NCBI GenBank assembly: GCA_029261035.1
Contig: JAJDCD010000025.1
Span: forward strand, 2,926-66,925
Length of the DNA stretch: 64,000 bases
From: Candidatus Omnitrophota bacterium
Lineage (GTDB): Bacteria > Omnitrophota > Omnitrophia > Omnitrophales > JACROU01
Direction of reading: 5' to 3'
The stretch's first letter is position 1; each line of letters opens with the position of its first letter. Shown piece by piece: positions 63,714 to 64,000 of this stretch. The notes below the pieces were generated by a model. It ran no database searches, was not told the origin of the DNA, and was given only the letters and a program-made list of their open reading frames with translations. The position numbers and the translations under genes are program-made.

Positions 63714-64000
63714 TTATTTTCTCTTTTTTGTGTTTAATTTTATTTTAGCTTTTTCTAAAAGATCTGATTTTCGAATTTCTTCTGCAACATTATTTGGCAT
63801 CAACCCTCTTAAACAATCAATCGTCTGACATTCAGAATTGTATCTAAAACTCGAATAACAAGGCTGACATTCCAAGTCTTTCCGATGGATTGTAACATCA
63901 TCTAGAGTCTTAGGGAATGGGCCGTAAACCATCGGGTCTACAGGGCCATAAAAAGCTATCACAGGCGTTTTTAATGCCTTTGATACATGGCAAATCCCAC
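63714..64000 (-). CDS. C-terminal part of a glycosyltransferase family 9 (heptosyltransferase-like) protein; 5' end outside window
   Basis: GICHVSKALKTPVIAFYGPVDP...CQPC...CLRGL. Confidence 0.8.
   Translation of the reverse strand, partial: GICHVSKALKTPVIAFYGPVDPMVYGPFPKTLDDVTIHRKDLECQPCYSSFRYNSECQTIDCLRGLMPNNVAEEIRKSDLLEKAKIKLNTKKRK

Overview
Low-GC chromosomal segment of a diderm, LPS-making bacterium. A PVC/Omnitrophota-like origin is my inference from gene content and is not verified. Positions 1-19525 hold one giant minus-strand gene that the ORF track misses because it has no stop codon in the window. It encodes a >6,500-aa filamentous-haemagglutinin/TpsA-type protein with a signal peptide, a TPS domain and long beta-helix-type repeats, into which a 14-blade (2x7) and a separate 7-blade beta-propeller are inserted. 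Upstream lie tRNA-Tyr, tRNA-Gly, queF, tRNA-Thr and a small GIY-YIG nuclease whose 3' end is a duplicated tRNA-Thr 5' fragment split by an exact 20-bp palindrome insertion. The rest is mostly minus-strand housekeeping: nnrD, pdxJ, cdaAR, ruvCAB, yebC, folP, ftsH, tilS, tRNA-Met, recO, ybeY, pgpH-like, phoH, aspS, hisS, rpsU, comF, lptF/G, ahcY, metK, pgi/pmi, a PTS cluster and lpt/kds/LPS genes. Several families of palindromic intergenic elements are present, as is an unannotated gene pair in which the small protein is a free-standing copy of the large protein's C-terminal domain. All calls come from reading the sequence by eye; no searches were run.
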